DNA of 64,000 nt from the human T2T-CHM13v2.0 reference genome, Homo sapiens, in the NCBI RefSeq assembly GCF_009914755.1, contig NC_060928.1. One strand, 5' to 3'. Positions within the stretch are counted from its first letter, which is position 1, and each line of letters begins with the position of its first letter. The notes beneath the pieces are model-generated. The model saw only the letters and a list, made by a program, of their open reading frames with translations, was not told where the DNA came from and did not search any database. A program made the translations under genes and the position numbers. Shown piece after piece: positions 1-13,029 of this stretch.

Positions 1-1529
1 AGTTATTAAAAAACTTGAATATATTTTTACATTTTTTACTCAATATGTATAAATATATTCTGTCATATTAGATGCTAAGATGAAAACTAATTATTATTGT
101 TGTTTAAGATTTTATGACTACAGGATCACAATTTCCAAAGTCATTTAAATTACTGTACTTACTCATTTTGTTTTTGTTTTTCTTGTGTTCAATCCTAGAA
201 CACTGGCATTCATTTTATTAGTTTATGATATCCTTCATAATAACAAAGAAACGACACCCTAATAGGAAATCAAAAAAGCTTGAATTCTAGTTCTGTCACT
301 CAGTGGGAATTTAGGCAGGCAAAATGTCTTGATAAAACTGTTTCATCACCTGGAATATCAAGTTATACTTAAGTCTGATTTGACATGAGGTCTTATGTAG
401 AAAAGGAATTTGTATACAACAAAAATGTCTTACATACATGTAAAGTTTGTTTATTCTTTTTAGTTAACATTTCTTCAGTCTGAGACATATGGATCATTTA
501 TCAAGTCTGATCATTAATTCCCAGATTACTAATGACATTTTAGTTTACTTTCACAAGATTATATAATCTGAATTAACTTTAAATCATGTTTCACAGTGGG
601 AAATCTGACATATACAGAGTAAACTTTATTCCAATGAAGTGAATACACGTATTTTTAAAGGTTGTTTTCCAGTATGCTAGAAATATGTTCTTAGATCCTT
701 TAACCAGATGCTACATTAATCATTCCTATTAAATCAGTTGCCTATTGGTATGCTTTGTGACTCGTTATCACACTAAAGAAAGTATGCCATGTTTATGATG
801 ATGAATATTTCAGTAATAAAGATTGGTTTTCTTGGTCACTGTCATTGAAAAGACGAATAACTCTAGCTGCTTAGACCCTGAAAGAATTAGAAAATTCTAG
901 CAAAATTATCTATTTAAAAAGCTTGCAGATAGAAATACAAATGTCCTTATCTTGAAATGAGTAACATATCTAGGATTATTTTCATCTGCCAATTCTGGGA
1001 TGTGTACTGTCTTAATGGCTTCCTAATGCCCTAAATATTTTTCTTCTTCTACTTATTTACTCATTAATGCATCTGTTTTTTTGTCCTGAGACATATTTTC
1101 TTCCAAATATTAGTGATTTTTATTTTTCCTAATATCTTCTTAATAGTAAAATAAAAAAAATAGTACATTGATGATTATGTACATGAGGGTAAACTAGGCC
1201 ATCTCAAAAGTGAGGTGGAATGAAGGTGAGATTTGATTAAGCACTGCATTCATGGCTCAGCCAGGCATTTTCCACATTTTTGTGTGTTCTGACCTGGAGA
1301 AATACTTTCTTTTTATTTTTCCAAGCTTTTTTAACCATTGCTTTTAATCATGAAACAAGCCAGACTGCGGATTGTTTCACATTATTCACAGGTTCCCCAT
1401 CAAAACAAAAATAATTCAATAAATAGGAGGATAATTCTGATAGCATCATGCAAACTATCCATCAGGAGGACACTGGGTCAGTGTGTTCTTATGCAAAAAG
1501 AAACTATACATCTTAATTTTTATTGACTT

Positions 1530-1636
1530 GACAAATAAAGGGCTACTCTATGGTAGGCAGTACATAGCATCAATTGAAATCCAGAAGTGTGCTCAGCATA
1601 TAGTTGTAATCCACTAAATATAGCTTGAATGAATTA
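1530..1636 (+). mobile_element. L2 3' end fragment, highly decayed
   Basis: Ends '...gctcagcatatagttgtaatccactaaatatagcttgaatgaat', resembling the L2 terminus with its (TGAA)n tail. Confidence 0.4.
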
Positions 1637-2495
1637 AGGTACACTAGAAGGAAAAGGAAAAAAAGGATGGCAAAGAATGAAAAGTTTGACAAGAGTGGGC
1701 ACAGTACTAACTGATGCATTGGGGGTATTTGGGTTGTTGAAGAGTGTACACTTTGATGTAGGAAACTAGCTTATAAATAAATAATTAAATACAAATTTAT
1801 CAGATTTGAAAGTATTTTTTGTTGCCAGTTTATATGAATTCTTGCATTGGGCTGTTTTATTTACTGACATTTTAATGTGGTACATAGTTAACAGAAGGAA
1901 TATTGAAAAATCTGATGCAATATATTACTGTTTTCTTATCTTATTTTGACTATATCTCAAAATATTTTTAGTTTTAGTTAGCAGAGTAATGTGGTCCACG
2001 AATTGTAAAATGGGAGTCTGAAAGTAATTTAGAGAGGAAAATAATATGCAAGATACTTTCTGCATGAAGAACAAGTAGTATTTATGGCCTGGCTTTACAT
2101 TTACTTAGAAGACAATTTACCACTACTTTTCCCTAGCATTCAGAAGATAGAGTCAAATATGAATTTTATATACAGTATTTCTATTAAAATAAATGAATTT
2201 CTAGAAAGATAATTGTGATATCATGACTGGATATTCACATGCACCATATTTGATTTAAACTAAATGCAATTAATAAATTGTGTTTAATACAAACTAAAAT
2301 TCAAGAAAAATAACAGGTAAATATGTATATACATATTGATATGCATTTTATATTATTATATGTTATATACTTAGGTATGGTAATATCATTTTTGCTGGTA
2401 AGGTTGGCAGCCAAGTCATATAAAACTGTTTTGAATGAATACCTCTGGCCTCCATTAGACTATCACTCTATAGGGGTATTAATTGATCGAAGTGC

Positions 2496-3230
2496 CAGAA
2501 ATAGTTTACCTTGAAGTTAATGAAGTCTATAATTCTAAAATGTTTATTGTATGGGCCCCTTCATAGGTCCAGGAACTGCCCTAGCAAGACTTTCAAATGG
2601 ACACGTATTTTTAGGGGGTAGTAAGATACTATTAAAACTATAGTCTCTTTCTACTACAGTTTCCTTTTTATCATGCTTCCTGTCATGTTGGGTGGCATTG
2701 GAATGCCTGCAAATATATTTTTAGATTGAGCTAAGGAGAAGTTGAGTTGTGGATATGTTTAGCTAGAATTTATAGTCACTTAAGTATATAGTCATTGCTC
2801 ACTGTCCTGATTTAGAAATGCCTTCCAGAGATCTTCCTGCAAACCCACTGCGCTGACTCATGTAAAGTCATGACAGAGTAGGGCAGAGAAAGAAGTCATT
2901 AGGAAGAATTGTGGTCACTTGGTACTGGAAGTAGATGGAAATGGTTGATTAAAGTGTACCGTCCTGGAAACTAGTGTGTTAAAAACATTCTTCTAAACAT
3001 CAGGATTAAGTTCTCAAAGACATATGATCAACAGTGAAGTTGTCTGGAAATATATTTGATAATGCAACATTGTATATGTGTATGCATCTATATGTGCACT
3101 ATACAGTGATGCTTTTATATAGGAATCAAATGGAATTAATTAGAATTCCTTTATATTTACGACAGAACTAAAAACCGTGAGTATGCCTGTATGTGAAATA
3201 TACAAGATTTATTCCTCTTAATATAGTGAT
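2496..3230 (+). mobile_element. Ancient hAT-Tip100 DNA transposon fragment (Zaphod-like); may extend to about 3650
   Basis: 'tttaccttgaagttaatgaag...atgggccccttc...gccctagcaa...gggtggcattgga...gctaaggagaagttgagttgtggata' follows the Zaphod-type left end as I recall it; right boundary uncertain. Confidence 0.5.
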
Positions 3231-3714
3231 TATTTATTGGTGTACCTGGCACAATTTATCTTGACAAAGTCTGGTGGTTCCAAATGAAATATCATAAACA
3301 ATTGCCACTGTCATCACAACAGGAGTCTAAATATGATATAATTGTAACATATGTATAAACACAGCAATATGCAACATATAAATATGATTACATGTTTGTG
3401 TAGCTTTATTAAATATTTTGACAATTTAAACATATATTTGAACTGCTTTTGTGTGGGCCTTTTCATTAATTTTGTATATATTTTCAAATTATTGATTATA
3501 AAAAAATTTGCATAGATGGAACATAATTTTCTTACTTGCAGTCAAAAATGAAAATTATGAGAATTTTTAATCATCAAAATCTCATTTATATCACAATGAA
3601 AATTACTGCTATATATGATTTTGACCAAAGAGTATCCAACAAAGAAAAATCTAGAAAACAAGTACTATGAATAGTACTAGCACTAGGTTAATTTATAGAA
3701 ATATAATGCTATTT

Positions 3715-3960
3715 TTTCTGATTTTTACTCTGTCACTTACTAGGTGTGACCTTAGGTAAATTAACTAACTGTTTTGTACTGTAGGGCATTTACAGCAAGA
3801 AGGTGACAATAATATGTGTTAAGAGATCACATAATAAAAACACTGGACTTAAACTGACCATTTTATGAACTTGAGTCCTATTCAATCTCTCTGGTTCTTA
3901 GTTTCTTCATATACAGAATGTAGATCAAAAGCCTACATGATTACAATTGTTTTTCAAGTT
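3715..3960 (+). mobile_element. MIR fragments
   Basis: MIR core 'ctctgtcacttactaggtgtgaccttaggtaaattaact' and 'ctctctggttcttagtttcttcatatacagaatg'. Confidence 0.55.
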
Positions 3961-4309
3961 TACAAAAGCATTTAATGGGAGCACATCCAGCCTGAATATA
4001 GTGGTAAAAAGTTAGCGTTTTTCTCTTTACTTCATAGCAACAAGAAAGATAAGAAACAAATTTAGGAACCAGCTAAATTGCAGCCCCCAAAGAGGGTTAT
4101 GGCTGCCAAAAGCGGCAGAGATAGATCATGAAGCATACAGAAAAGAGGAAAGCAAAGACAGAAAAATTATCCACAAAAATAATTCATAATGGAAGACCCA
4201 TTATAACTTTAATTAGGGATGAGCAGCACACTATGATCTAAAAATCGTAAATTCCTCATTTGCAGCCAAAAAATAATGTGGTTGTGTCAATCAATGGCAA
4301 AGACTTGCC

Positions 4310-4775
4310 TGGACCCATTGTCAGAGAGGCAAAGGAGACAGCCTATAGCGATGCTACATATTCTCCATTTGGCCCCTCCCCTCTTTCTCACCAACTTTGT
4401 TTCTTGGGAGGCTGATACTTTGGGTCTGCATCAACAGGACACCTGGGCCTTCTATGATAAGTTTTGGCCAATGACAGGGAATAGTAGGGCATCTAATAGA
4501 AGGAATGGGAAGACATTATAGTATTTATTATCCCACCCTGCTCCCTAACAGATTGCGTGGCAATTTCAATATGTTAAAGCTGCAGCTTCTGCCACGAAGT
4601 CCATACCTCCAAGGCCCCCTCTTTCTTCAGGCATAGAAGTGCTCTTGCTAGTCCTGGGTTGCTTCAGTTATTCTTGTCAATTCTGCTAAACCCTGCCCAT
4701 ACCCTTGTAAATATTTCATCCGTGTCTATTTGAGTATTCCATCTTTGTTTTCCTATTCAATATCCAATGATTCTA
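4310..4775 (+). mobile_element. LTR33-like ERVL LTR
   Basis: 'gggaggctgat...ctgcatcaacagg...tttggccaatg...gtatttattatccc...aaaccctgcccatacccttgtaaata' match LTR33 landmarks. Confidence 0.65.
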
Positions 4776-4789
4776 TATTTTATGCCAGA

Positions 4790-5828
4790 TGTAATTTTGG
4801 ACATAGATCCTAAAAATGTCATTTAGTAACTGGAATACTTACATATTTGAAAAGTAATGGGTCTTTGAAAAATAAAAATGAGACACTTGAGTGGACCCAG
4901 ATAAGGCTGAGAATCCCCAATTATCCCTGAATACTACTTGTGGAGAAGAGCAGTGCCTGTCTCACATCTGAGTTTTTCCTTGCATAAATGCATTCTAATG
5001 ACTTTGACTAGAGCAGTTGTCTCACAAAGGGATGACAGTTCTCTGTAGTACCTACTCATTGTCTCCCAGCCACTATTTAAATTAATGTTTCTCAAAGCCC
5101 AGATAGAGAACTACCAACCTGGCCCAGAAGGTGTCTATATATTGAAAGAGTTGCAGACTCTTACCAATTTTTGTTGGCAGGAGATGGGGTTCCATGTGGA
5201 ATAGTAGATTTTAGGGATATTAGACTAACAAAGAGGAAGTAAAGCCTTGTCTTAATGATATTTGATTTAATGCATTGGCTAAAAAATTGTGAGTGACATT
5301 AATAGTCTCTATGCTAGATAATTGATGTTTGACTCAATAATGAAGGCCCAATTTGTGGTCAGGCATTCTTTACTCGATCATACTCCACAGAAGGGTCTGG
5401 AATCCATACCCCTCAGCATTAAGAAATGCTGAAGAAACTAAGAAATGTGTTAAGTAATGGGGAAAAGGAAAGAACACCAGCACTTCTGAGAATCTCTGGG
5501 TTTTCATTCTTTCTAATAAGAAATGATTATGGAAGATGTTTCAGTGGAATTGGGATCCCTGCTTTCAATGGAAATAATAAGCATTTTGAGCAGTAGAAGC
5601 CAGTTGTTAGCACTTAACCTTCTAAGAGCCCAGTAGAATAAATGGTGGATGAAATCAACATAGCCAGTCCACAGGGACAGATCAATAATCAGAGTGATTA
5701 GACCAGCAGAGAATTGTGGAGGAAGCTAATTGATTACAGGGTCCTTAGGATTGGAACAGATGGGGAGCCTATGAAGGTACCATTTGAAATATATAATTAA
5801 AAAAATTCTTGGTCTGGTGGGAAGATTC
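4790..5828 (+). mobile_element. Ancient ERVL internal region (gag relic), adjacent to the LTR33-like LTR
   Basis: From 5145 the + strand reads KELQTLTNFCWQEMGFHVE**ILGILD, similar to the ERVL gag motif KEL..F.N.Y.Q.PGEYVWEWILRVLD; multiple stops. Confidence 0.65.
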
Positions 5829-5852
5829 CTAAGTCAACACGAATGCATGCAT

Positions 5853-5908
5853 GCTCTCTCTGGCTCTCTCTCTCACACACACAAGCACATACACACACAC
5901 ACACACAC
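5853..5908. repeat. (CT)n/(CA)n compound microsatellite
   Basis: ctctctct...cacacacacacacacac seen directly. Confidence 0.9.
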
Positions 5909-6009
5909 CCTCAATAAAGTAGGAATAGATAAATACTTTCTCAGTGTTTTTGTGTTTTCTATTTCACACAAAAAGCCAGTGTAAATATTATCAATACATT
6001 ATACATATA

Positions 6010-6147
6010 CAGTACACCCTCCATGTCCAGAGGTTCTGCAACTGCAGATAGATATGAAGGGTGACTGTAAGGGACTTGAGCATCTGCTGATTTTGATAAC
6101 CACAGGAGTCCTGAAACCAGTCCCTTACAGGTACAGAGGGGTGACTC
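6010..6147. mobile_element. Short MER2-family (TcMar-Tigger) element
   Basis: TIR-like ends cagtacaccctc...gaggggtgactc flanked by TA at 6008-9 and 6148-9; MER2 motif 'gggacttgagcatctgctgattttg...gtcctgaaaccagtccc'. Confidence 0.7.
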
Positions 6148-6179
6148 TATACAGCGTACATATATTAAACAGGCATCAA

Positions 6180-6605
6180 TATGGTGTTTAATAGACTACC
6201 ACAAATCTGCATATTGTAAACAACAAATATATTTTGCTCACAGTTTTTCAGGCTTAGGAATTCAGGAAGGGATTTGTTGGGGCTAGTCTTACTTGAGGTC
6301 CCTCATGCAAATGCAGTTAGTGGCCAGCAGGGCTGCAGTCATCTGAAAGCTCCACTGGGCTAGACACCTGAGAAGGACAGTGGCATATTGATGCTGGATA
6401 TCAGGTGGAGCTCATTTGGGCTGTTGACAGGAGGTCCTAATATTAGGTGCTTCTCTAGCATGGTATTCTCAACATAGTGGGACATCTGATTATGACACCT
6501 GGCTTTCCCAAAAGTAATCCAGCTGAAAGATAAATGACCTTTTCTGAACTAACTTCAGAAAGTATTGCAACTGAGCTACCAAACTCAGCCGAGGCTTAAG
6601 GGATA
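6180..6605 (-). mobile_element. MLT1H/I/J-type MaLR LTR
   Basis: 'aaacaacaaatatattttgctcacag...ggaattcaggaagg...gggctgcagtcatctgaaagctccactgggctaga' is typical of old MLT1 in reverse. Confidence 0.7.
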
Positions 6606-7019
6606 TTTTTAATTGTTATGTGCTGTATGTAATGAAATGAAAGTCTCTCCTACCTATATTAAAAGAGTGAAGTACAAATAATAGATGTAGGAGAACACCC
6701 CTTATATTTAAGGAGGGAACATATGTATGCATATATCTCTAAATGCAAAAATTATCTCCTGAACTGTACAGGAGAAGTTAATAACAATTGATGTCTTTGG
6801 GAAGTGGATTGGATGACAGAGACAAGTCTAGAAACATGATGGTACTCTGATACCTTTTACATGGTTTGAATACTCTACCTTTTCCAAAAAACAATGAAAA
6901 GGTAAAATAAAAAATTTTGTAAAGTGCAAATAAGTACACAAACAAAAGTATATTAGCCTGTGTTAGATGCAAAATCATGTTTGATATGCTGTGCTTTGAA
7001 AGAGCATTTTTTAAGCAAG

Positions 7020-7660
7020 GCATATTAAAAGTCACAGGATAGTATACATGGAGTGAAATGCACATCTATTAAGTGTGACAGCGTGATGAATATTAGCCTA
7101 TGTACACAACCATAAAACCACTACTTAGATTAAGATATAGATCATTTGTCTCACCTCTGAAGTTTATGCTGCTTCCCAGGCCATGGCTTCTCCCTTTTCC
7201 TGTGCTGCTGAGGCACTCACGGTTTTAATTTATTTCACTCTATAGACTTTATCTATATAGATAAACTATGATTTAGAAATTTGTACAAATGGACTCATAC
7301 AGTACGACTTCTTATACTCAGCATAATATTCTTGAGATTAATCCACATTATTGCATATATCATTAGTTTGTTTCTTTCTATTGCTGAGTAGAATTATATT
7401 TGTATAAACATTCTCTGTTTTTAAGCCATTCTCTTGTTGGTGGTTAGAATAATTTTGAAGTTGTTAACGTTATGAGTAAAGTTGTTAAAAATATTGTTAT
7501 TCAATTGTATGTGTACCTATGTTTTCAATTCTTTTGGGAAAGTACAAAAAAGTGGAATTGGTGTATTAGATGTGTACATGTTTATAACTCTATAAGCAAA
7601 TTCCAAATCATTTTCAAAAGAGTTACATCATGCTACTAATTACAAATACTATAAAAAATT
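7020..7660 (-). mobile_element. L1ME-type 3' fragment
   Basis: 'gtgaaatgcacatctattaagtgt...ttgagattaatccacattattgcatatatcattagtttgtttctttctattgctgagtag' is antisense L1ME 3' sequence. Confidence 0.7.
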
Positions 7661-9039
7661 CTGATGATGAGTAATTTTTGAAGTCATTATAATTTGAGAA
7701 AATTATTTGACCTTTCTGACACCAAATTCTCATTATTTGTGTAATAGAATTAATAATACATAAAGAATGCATGCACTTGAAGAATGATACATAAAGAATT
7801 TCACTAAACATGTTTCTTTTCTCTGTTCTTTCTTTCCTTCCACTGAGTAAAAATAGTTCCCAAATTAGATATGTCTTACTTATGCATTTCTCTAGGTGAA
7901 AATGATTAAGTGACTTAAAAACAGATAAACATTTGAGTCATTAAGAGTCATGTGATGAGCTTGTTGAGTATATCTAGGTCGCTGGGAATCACAGATCAGT
8001 TATAAGGCACAGAGGCAGACAAAATAATATCAGGCAAATAGCATACTGTCCACAATTTCCCATACAAAGTTTCAGAATATAAAGATTTACGATTTCATTG
8101 AAATATTTGAATGACATTTGGACCTACATCTGAGTTTGTAATTAGAAAACTTTCAAAGCTGTTAAAAATAAGGATTGCAAATATTTAGGAATAGTAGAAA
8201 AAGCCTTGCTTTCTTACTTGACATAGAGGAGCTCTATTTTAATATTACTTCTAAAACTTTAGAAATTTTTTTTAAAGATCATGCTCATTTACATGCATTC
8301 ATCAAAAATTAGGCTGCACCCAGTACACAAAATGAGTACAAAGAGACATGACATTATTGATTTTCAACTCCCTCTGTATTTAGGAGTATCATTTTTAATA
8401 ACGGGTATAAAATTAATCAATCTACTGTATGAGCTATTGGAGGAAAAAACACCGTGAAATTTTTGACTTTTAAAACCAACCTTAAATAATTGACTTCGAT
8501 AAGATTTAGGCTGCTATTAAAATTTAAAATGAAAATAAAGGAATTTTCTTTTTTTTTTTTTTTTTGCTTCCCAGCTGAACATGTACTTATAAAACAGAAC
8601 CAAATCTAAGTCAGGAGAAAATTTTCTTAATTAGTATGTTGAATTTGGATTTGATGCTTTTATCCTTCAAATTTTATAATACTAATTCTGAAATAAAAAG
8701 TTTTTACTGTATGTTGTAATTTAGAAACAGATTTTTCATGTCTTTGTAATATTTCTATTTATTATTGAAAAAAGTTACAAGCTCAGTTTTTGAAATGAGG
8801 GATATTGAAAGACAAGGTTGTAGGGACAGGTCTCACTATATATCACATGCCTCCAGGAGTCTCCCTTGTTTAGCAACATCCCTAACAATTGCTAACATTT
8901 TCTCTAGTTACTTAGAAAGCAAAACTTGTGGTGGGGTTTAGGAGGAAAGTATAATTGTTGAAATATTGTTCAAGCAGTAGACACAAAAACTATGCTAACA
9001 TATGCTCTGGCATATGATAATCAATTAATATGTATCTGT

Positions 9040-9094
9040 TGGAAGAAGGAAGGAAGGACGGAAATAAGGAAGGAAGGAAATGAAGGAAGGAAGG
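9040..9094. repeat. (GGAA)n microsatellite, left half
   Basis: Imperfect GGAA run interrupted by the MER11 LTR. Confidence 0.9.
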
Positions 9095-10090
9095 TGTTGT
9101 AGGAAGTCAGGGACCCTGAACGGAGGGACCTGCTGAAGGGGTGACAGAAGAACATAAATTGTGAAGATTTCATGGACATTATCACTTCCCCAATCAATAC
9201 TCTTATAATTTCCTATGCTTGTCTTTACTTTAATCTCTTAATCTTGTCATCTTCATAAGCTGAGGATGTATGTCGCCTCAGGTCCCTGTGATGATTGCAT
9301 TAACTGCACAAATTGTTCCTAGAGCATGTGTGTTTGAACAATATGAAATCTGGGCACCTTGAAAAAAGAACAGGATAACAGCAATGTTCAGGGAACAAGG
9401 GAGATAACCATTAGGTCTGACTGCCTGGGAGCCAGGCAGGACAGAGCCATATTTCTCTCATTGCCGAAAATGGGTAAGAGAAATATCACTGAATTCTTTC
9501 CCCAGTGAGGAATATTAATAATTAACAGTCCTGGGAAAAGAATGCTTTCCCAGAGGGGCCTCTAAAATGGCCACTCTGGGGATGTCTGCCTTATGCAGTT
9601 GTAGATAAGGGATGTAACATGCCCTGGCCTCCTGCAGCACCCCCAGGCTTGCTAGGATTAGGAAATTCCAGCCTGGCGAATTCTAGTCAGACTGGTTCTC
9701 TGCTCTTGAATCCTGTTAAGATGTTTATCAATGACAATGCTTGCACAGCGGGACATGGAACTTCATTAGTAATTCTAGTTTCACCCTGACCTTGTGATCT
9801 TGCCCTGACCTTCTGCCTTGTGATCTTCTGTTGCCTTTGAAGCATGTGATCTCTGCGACCCACACCCTTTTCGTACACTCCCTCCTCTTTGAAAATTGCT
9901 AATAAAAACTTGCTGGTTTTATGGCTCAGGGGGCATCATGGAACTTGCTGACATATGATGTCTCCCCCAGACACCCAGCTTTAAAATGTCTCTCTTTTGT
10001 ACTCTTTCCCTTTATTTCTGAGACTGGCCAACACTTACGGAAAATAGAAAAGAACCCACGTTGAAATATTGGGGGCTGTTTCCCCCGATA
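9095..10090 (+). mobile_element. MER11 (B/C-like) solo LTR of HERV-K11/HML-8
   Basis: Starts tgttgtaggaagtcagggaccc, contains gaacataaattgtgaagatttcatggacat, AATAAA at 9901, ends ttcccccgata; flanked by gaagg on both sides. Confidence 0.93.
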
Positions 10091-10218
10091 GAAGGAAGGA
10101 AGGAAATAAGGAAGGAAGGAAGAAGGAAGGAAGGAAATAAGGAAGGAAGGAAGGGAAGAAGGAAGGAAGGAAGGAAGGAATCCAGAGAAGAAGGGAGGAA
10201 AAGAGGAAGGGAAGAAAA
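10091..10218. repeat. (GGAA)n / GA-rich microsatellite, right half
   Basis: Many GGAA units directly after the LTR. Confidence 0.9.
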
Positions 10219-10589
10219 AAGGCTTGTTTTGCATTAAAAATAATTTTTCATTTCAACATGAAAAAATAAGTTTAAGTCAAGATTCAGAAACTTTTTCCCT
10301 CCTTATGACTTATTGTTACCTTAAGAATCTTCTGCATTCAAAATAAATTTCTTGTAAATCAAGTTCTTATAAAACACAGAACCAGAAATATTGGCACTAT
10401 TTTTATAAGCTTAAAAAAGACTTCCAAGTGTGACACAAAGGTAGAGACCAAAAAGAAGAGCATCAACAAACTGTGTCCATAAATTGCTAGTCTTATGATT
10501 AAAAAAATCATAAAAACTTCAGAAATAATTAAAATTATACAAAAGAAATGAAGTAAATTTCAGAAAAAATAAAAATTAACATTAAACAT

Positions 10590-10920
10590 AGAAATTATAC
10601 TTAACTACAAATTAAAACAGCAATGAAATATCATTTGTCTTACAGTTTTCAAGTGTAGTATTTTAGGGATTATCTATCTTATGCTGTGGATAGAAATATA
10701 AATTAATACAATCTTCCTGGAATGCAACTTGGCAATATCTATCTCAATTTTAAATGGACTTATTTTTTGATTCAAGAAGGACATACATATGCCAAAAGTA
10801 TATTTTCACTATAGGATTATAGGTAATGGCAAAAAATTGGAAATAACCAAAATGTCTACTTATAAGGCTTAATTAAACAAATATGCCAAAACACATAAAG
10901 GAATATTACGCTCATTGTAT
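10590..10920 (+). mobile_element. Old L1M (L1ME/MC-like) ORF2-end/3' fragment
   Basis: 'caaattaaaacagcaatgaaatatcattt...ggcaaaaaattggaaataaccaaaatgtcta'. Confidence 0.6.
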
Positions 10921-13029
10921 TGTATTTTTTTACTTTTGAAATTTATATATGAACTAAAAATTGTATAATAAAAAAAATCTTCGGCATTAACCTAATTGGA
11001 CTATTTTGGTCCTTTTCACAAAGGTAGTTGTGTACTGAAGATAATATACAAATAATATGTTTCAATTAATTATCATATTTTAACATGTGTTTCTTGAAAT
11101 TTAATGACATGGATTGCATCGTCTCTCAAGAATATGTACTATTGCACAACTTCTAGATATAGACAGATTTCTCATCTGTCAAATTCTGCACGGTTCTGCT
11201 CAGCTGATTTATTTTCCTTTATAATAATATTGAAAACATGCGTATTTTTAGATGATAATCAATTTCTAATGCAAACATATCAAGTTTGTATGATGAAAAA
11301 AGTAAAATATTCACACATTGCATATGAATTTTCCCTTTATAATTTGAAGTATTCCATCCTATGAAACTATAATCACCACATCATCCAGTTGTGTTACTAA
11401 GTATATATTAAAAGCAGTTTGTTTACAATATATAGGCATTTAAAACTTAATGTGTATTTAATTAAAATAAATACTATGTAAAAATATTTGAATATTCAAC
11501 TCTAAACTTTAATGCCTAACTCATAATTATAAAAATATGGCCTTATTATGTACTGAATGGCTCTCTTTTGAGACAATTTTTAAAAGTATGAACAAATACA
11601 ATGCAGTTTCACAAATAAAGGTTCTAAAACTTTAATGTTTTAAAATTTATATGCTGCAAGTTTGTGTAAAATTGTATTTAGAAACTGTATATAGTTTCGA
11701 TTAAAAGACATAATGAAGTTGGGAGACTGAAATAAGATTATCCATATATCAATATAGAGAAATTTAGATTCAGATTCAGATTTCCTTGTAATTTTTTTTA
11801 AGTCTCAATCACTGAGTTTGTTTGGGAAACAAACATGTTGAAACTTGAATAATTTGAATAGTTCAGGCAAAAGCTTTCTTCTAATTCAGTTATCCACATA
11901 AAAAATTGCTTTTGTACAACTGGCTTGAAAAAATAAAATTGTTAAAAAATTCTTACTTAAACATTGACAACACCCTTAGATAATGTACAGCTAATATCTA
12001 CATAATGGTATAAAGCTAGTTAGGTTGGAAATGGAAAGCTGCATAGAATTAGCTTATTTTAATGATATAATTTAACCTTATAAAATATTTAGTTTTTTAA
12101 TTCTCAAATACAGTGAGGAGTATGGCATAAAGATGATAGCAGCTAAATTCACTGATTGTTGTTCACCAAAACTGCTGTGTTGATATGTTTCCTTGCCTCC
12201 TTGTTTATTTCCCGTTGAGACCACTTTGAATAATAAAAAAGTGTGTATGTTATCCTACCTCATTTCTAACTAAGAAATAAGAAGAGAATCACAGAAAAAC
12301 AAATTCTTTATTTTCCCTTTCTAAATTGTCTTCCCTATGGTACTTGGATAAGACATATATATATAGCTCTCTATACTTCTTAAAATGACCTTTAGAAATT
12401 TCATATGAATAATCATAGTTCCCCCGCTATATCTGATTTAGTTCCAGTAGAATATTATTATTCAAACCAGCACTGCTGAGCAGTAACTAGAAATTAAGAA
12501 TACATTAAGTTTTTGAAACGGCGCATTGTTCAGAAATCTATCCTATTAGATGTAATACGCAGATAATAAATATATACATTAATTTAGGAAGACAGAAATT
12601 CTTCAATTGGCATATTTTATCTATTATATTGTAGTGGCAAACATTGCTTTAATCAGATAAAAGATTGCAAAGAATATGTTATCATATTTCATACTGAGAT
12701 TATTATTCTTTCTCAGAGAATTGGATATGTTCAATTTCTAGCTACAGCACAATCACACCATTCTAGTCCGAAAGCCTTTTTAAATGGCTTACATGTGTAG
12801 TGATGTTTATCTTCTCCTGTGTCACATACAGTACTCTTTCCAAGTAAAATGTGCAAATGTAGACCAGTCAAAAAAATTTATTTAGCCAAAAAAATAGTAA
12901 CAGCAACTTTATTTGGTAAGTAGGAATAAAATGATCATAATATATTGTTTCTAGCTAAATTTGACAGTATTTTATCTTTTGTATAAAACTAATTCAGTAA
13001 TTCAATATATTACTTTAATATATACGTTA

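Noticed and set aside
9926-10234. 102-aa ORF rich in F, L, P and S
   Set aside because: Translation of the (TTCC)n microsatellite and the MER11 end.
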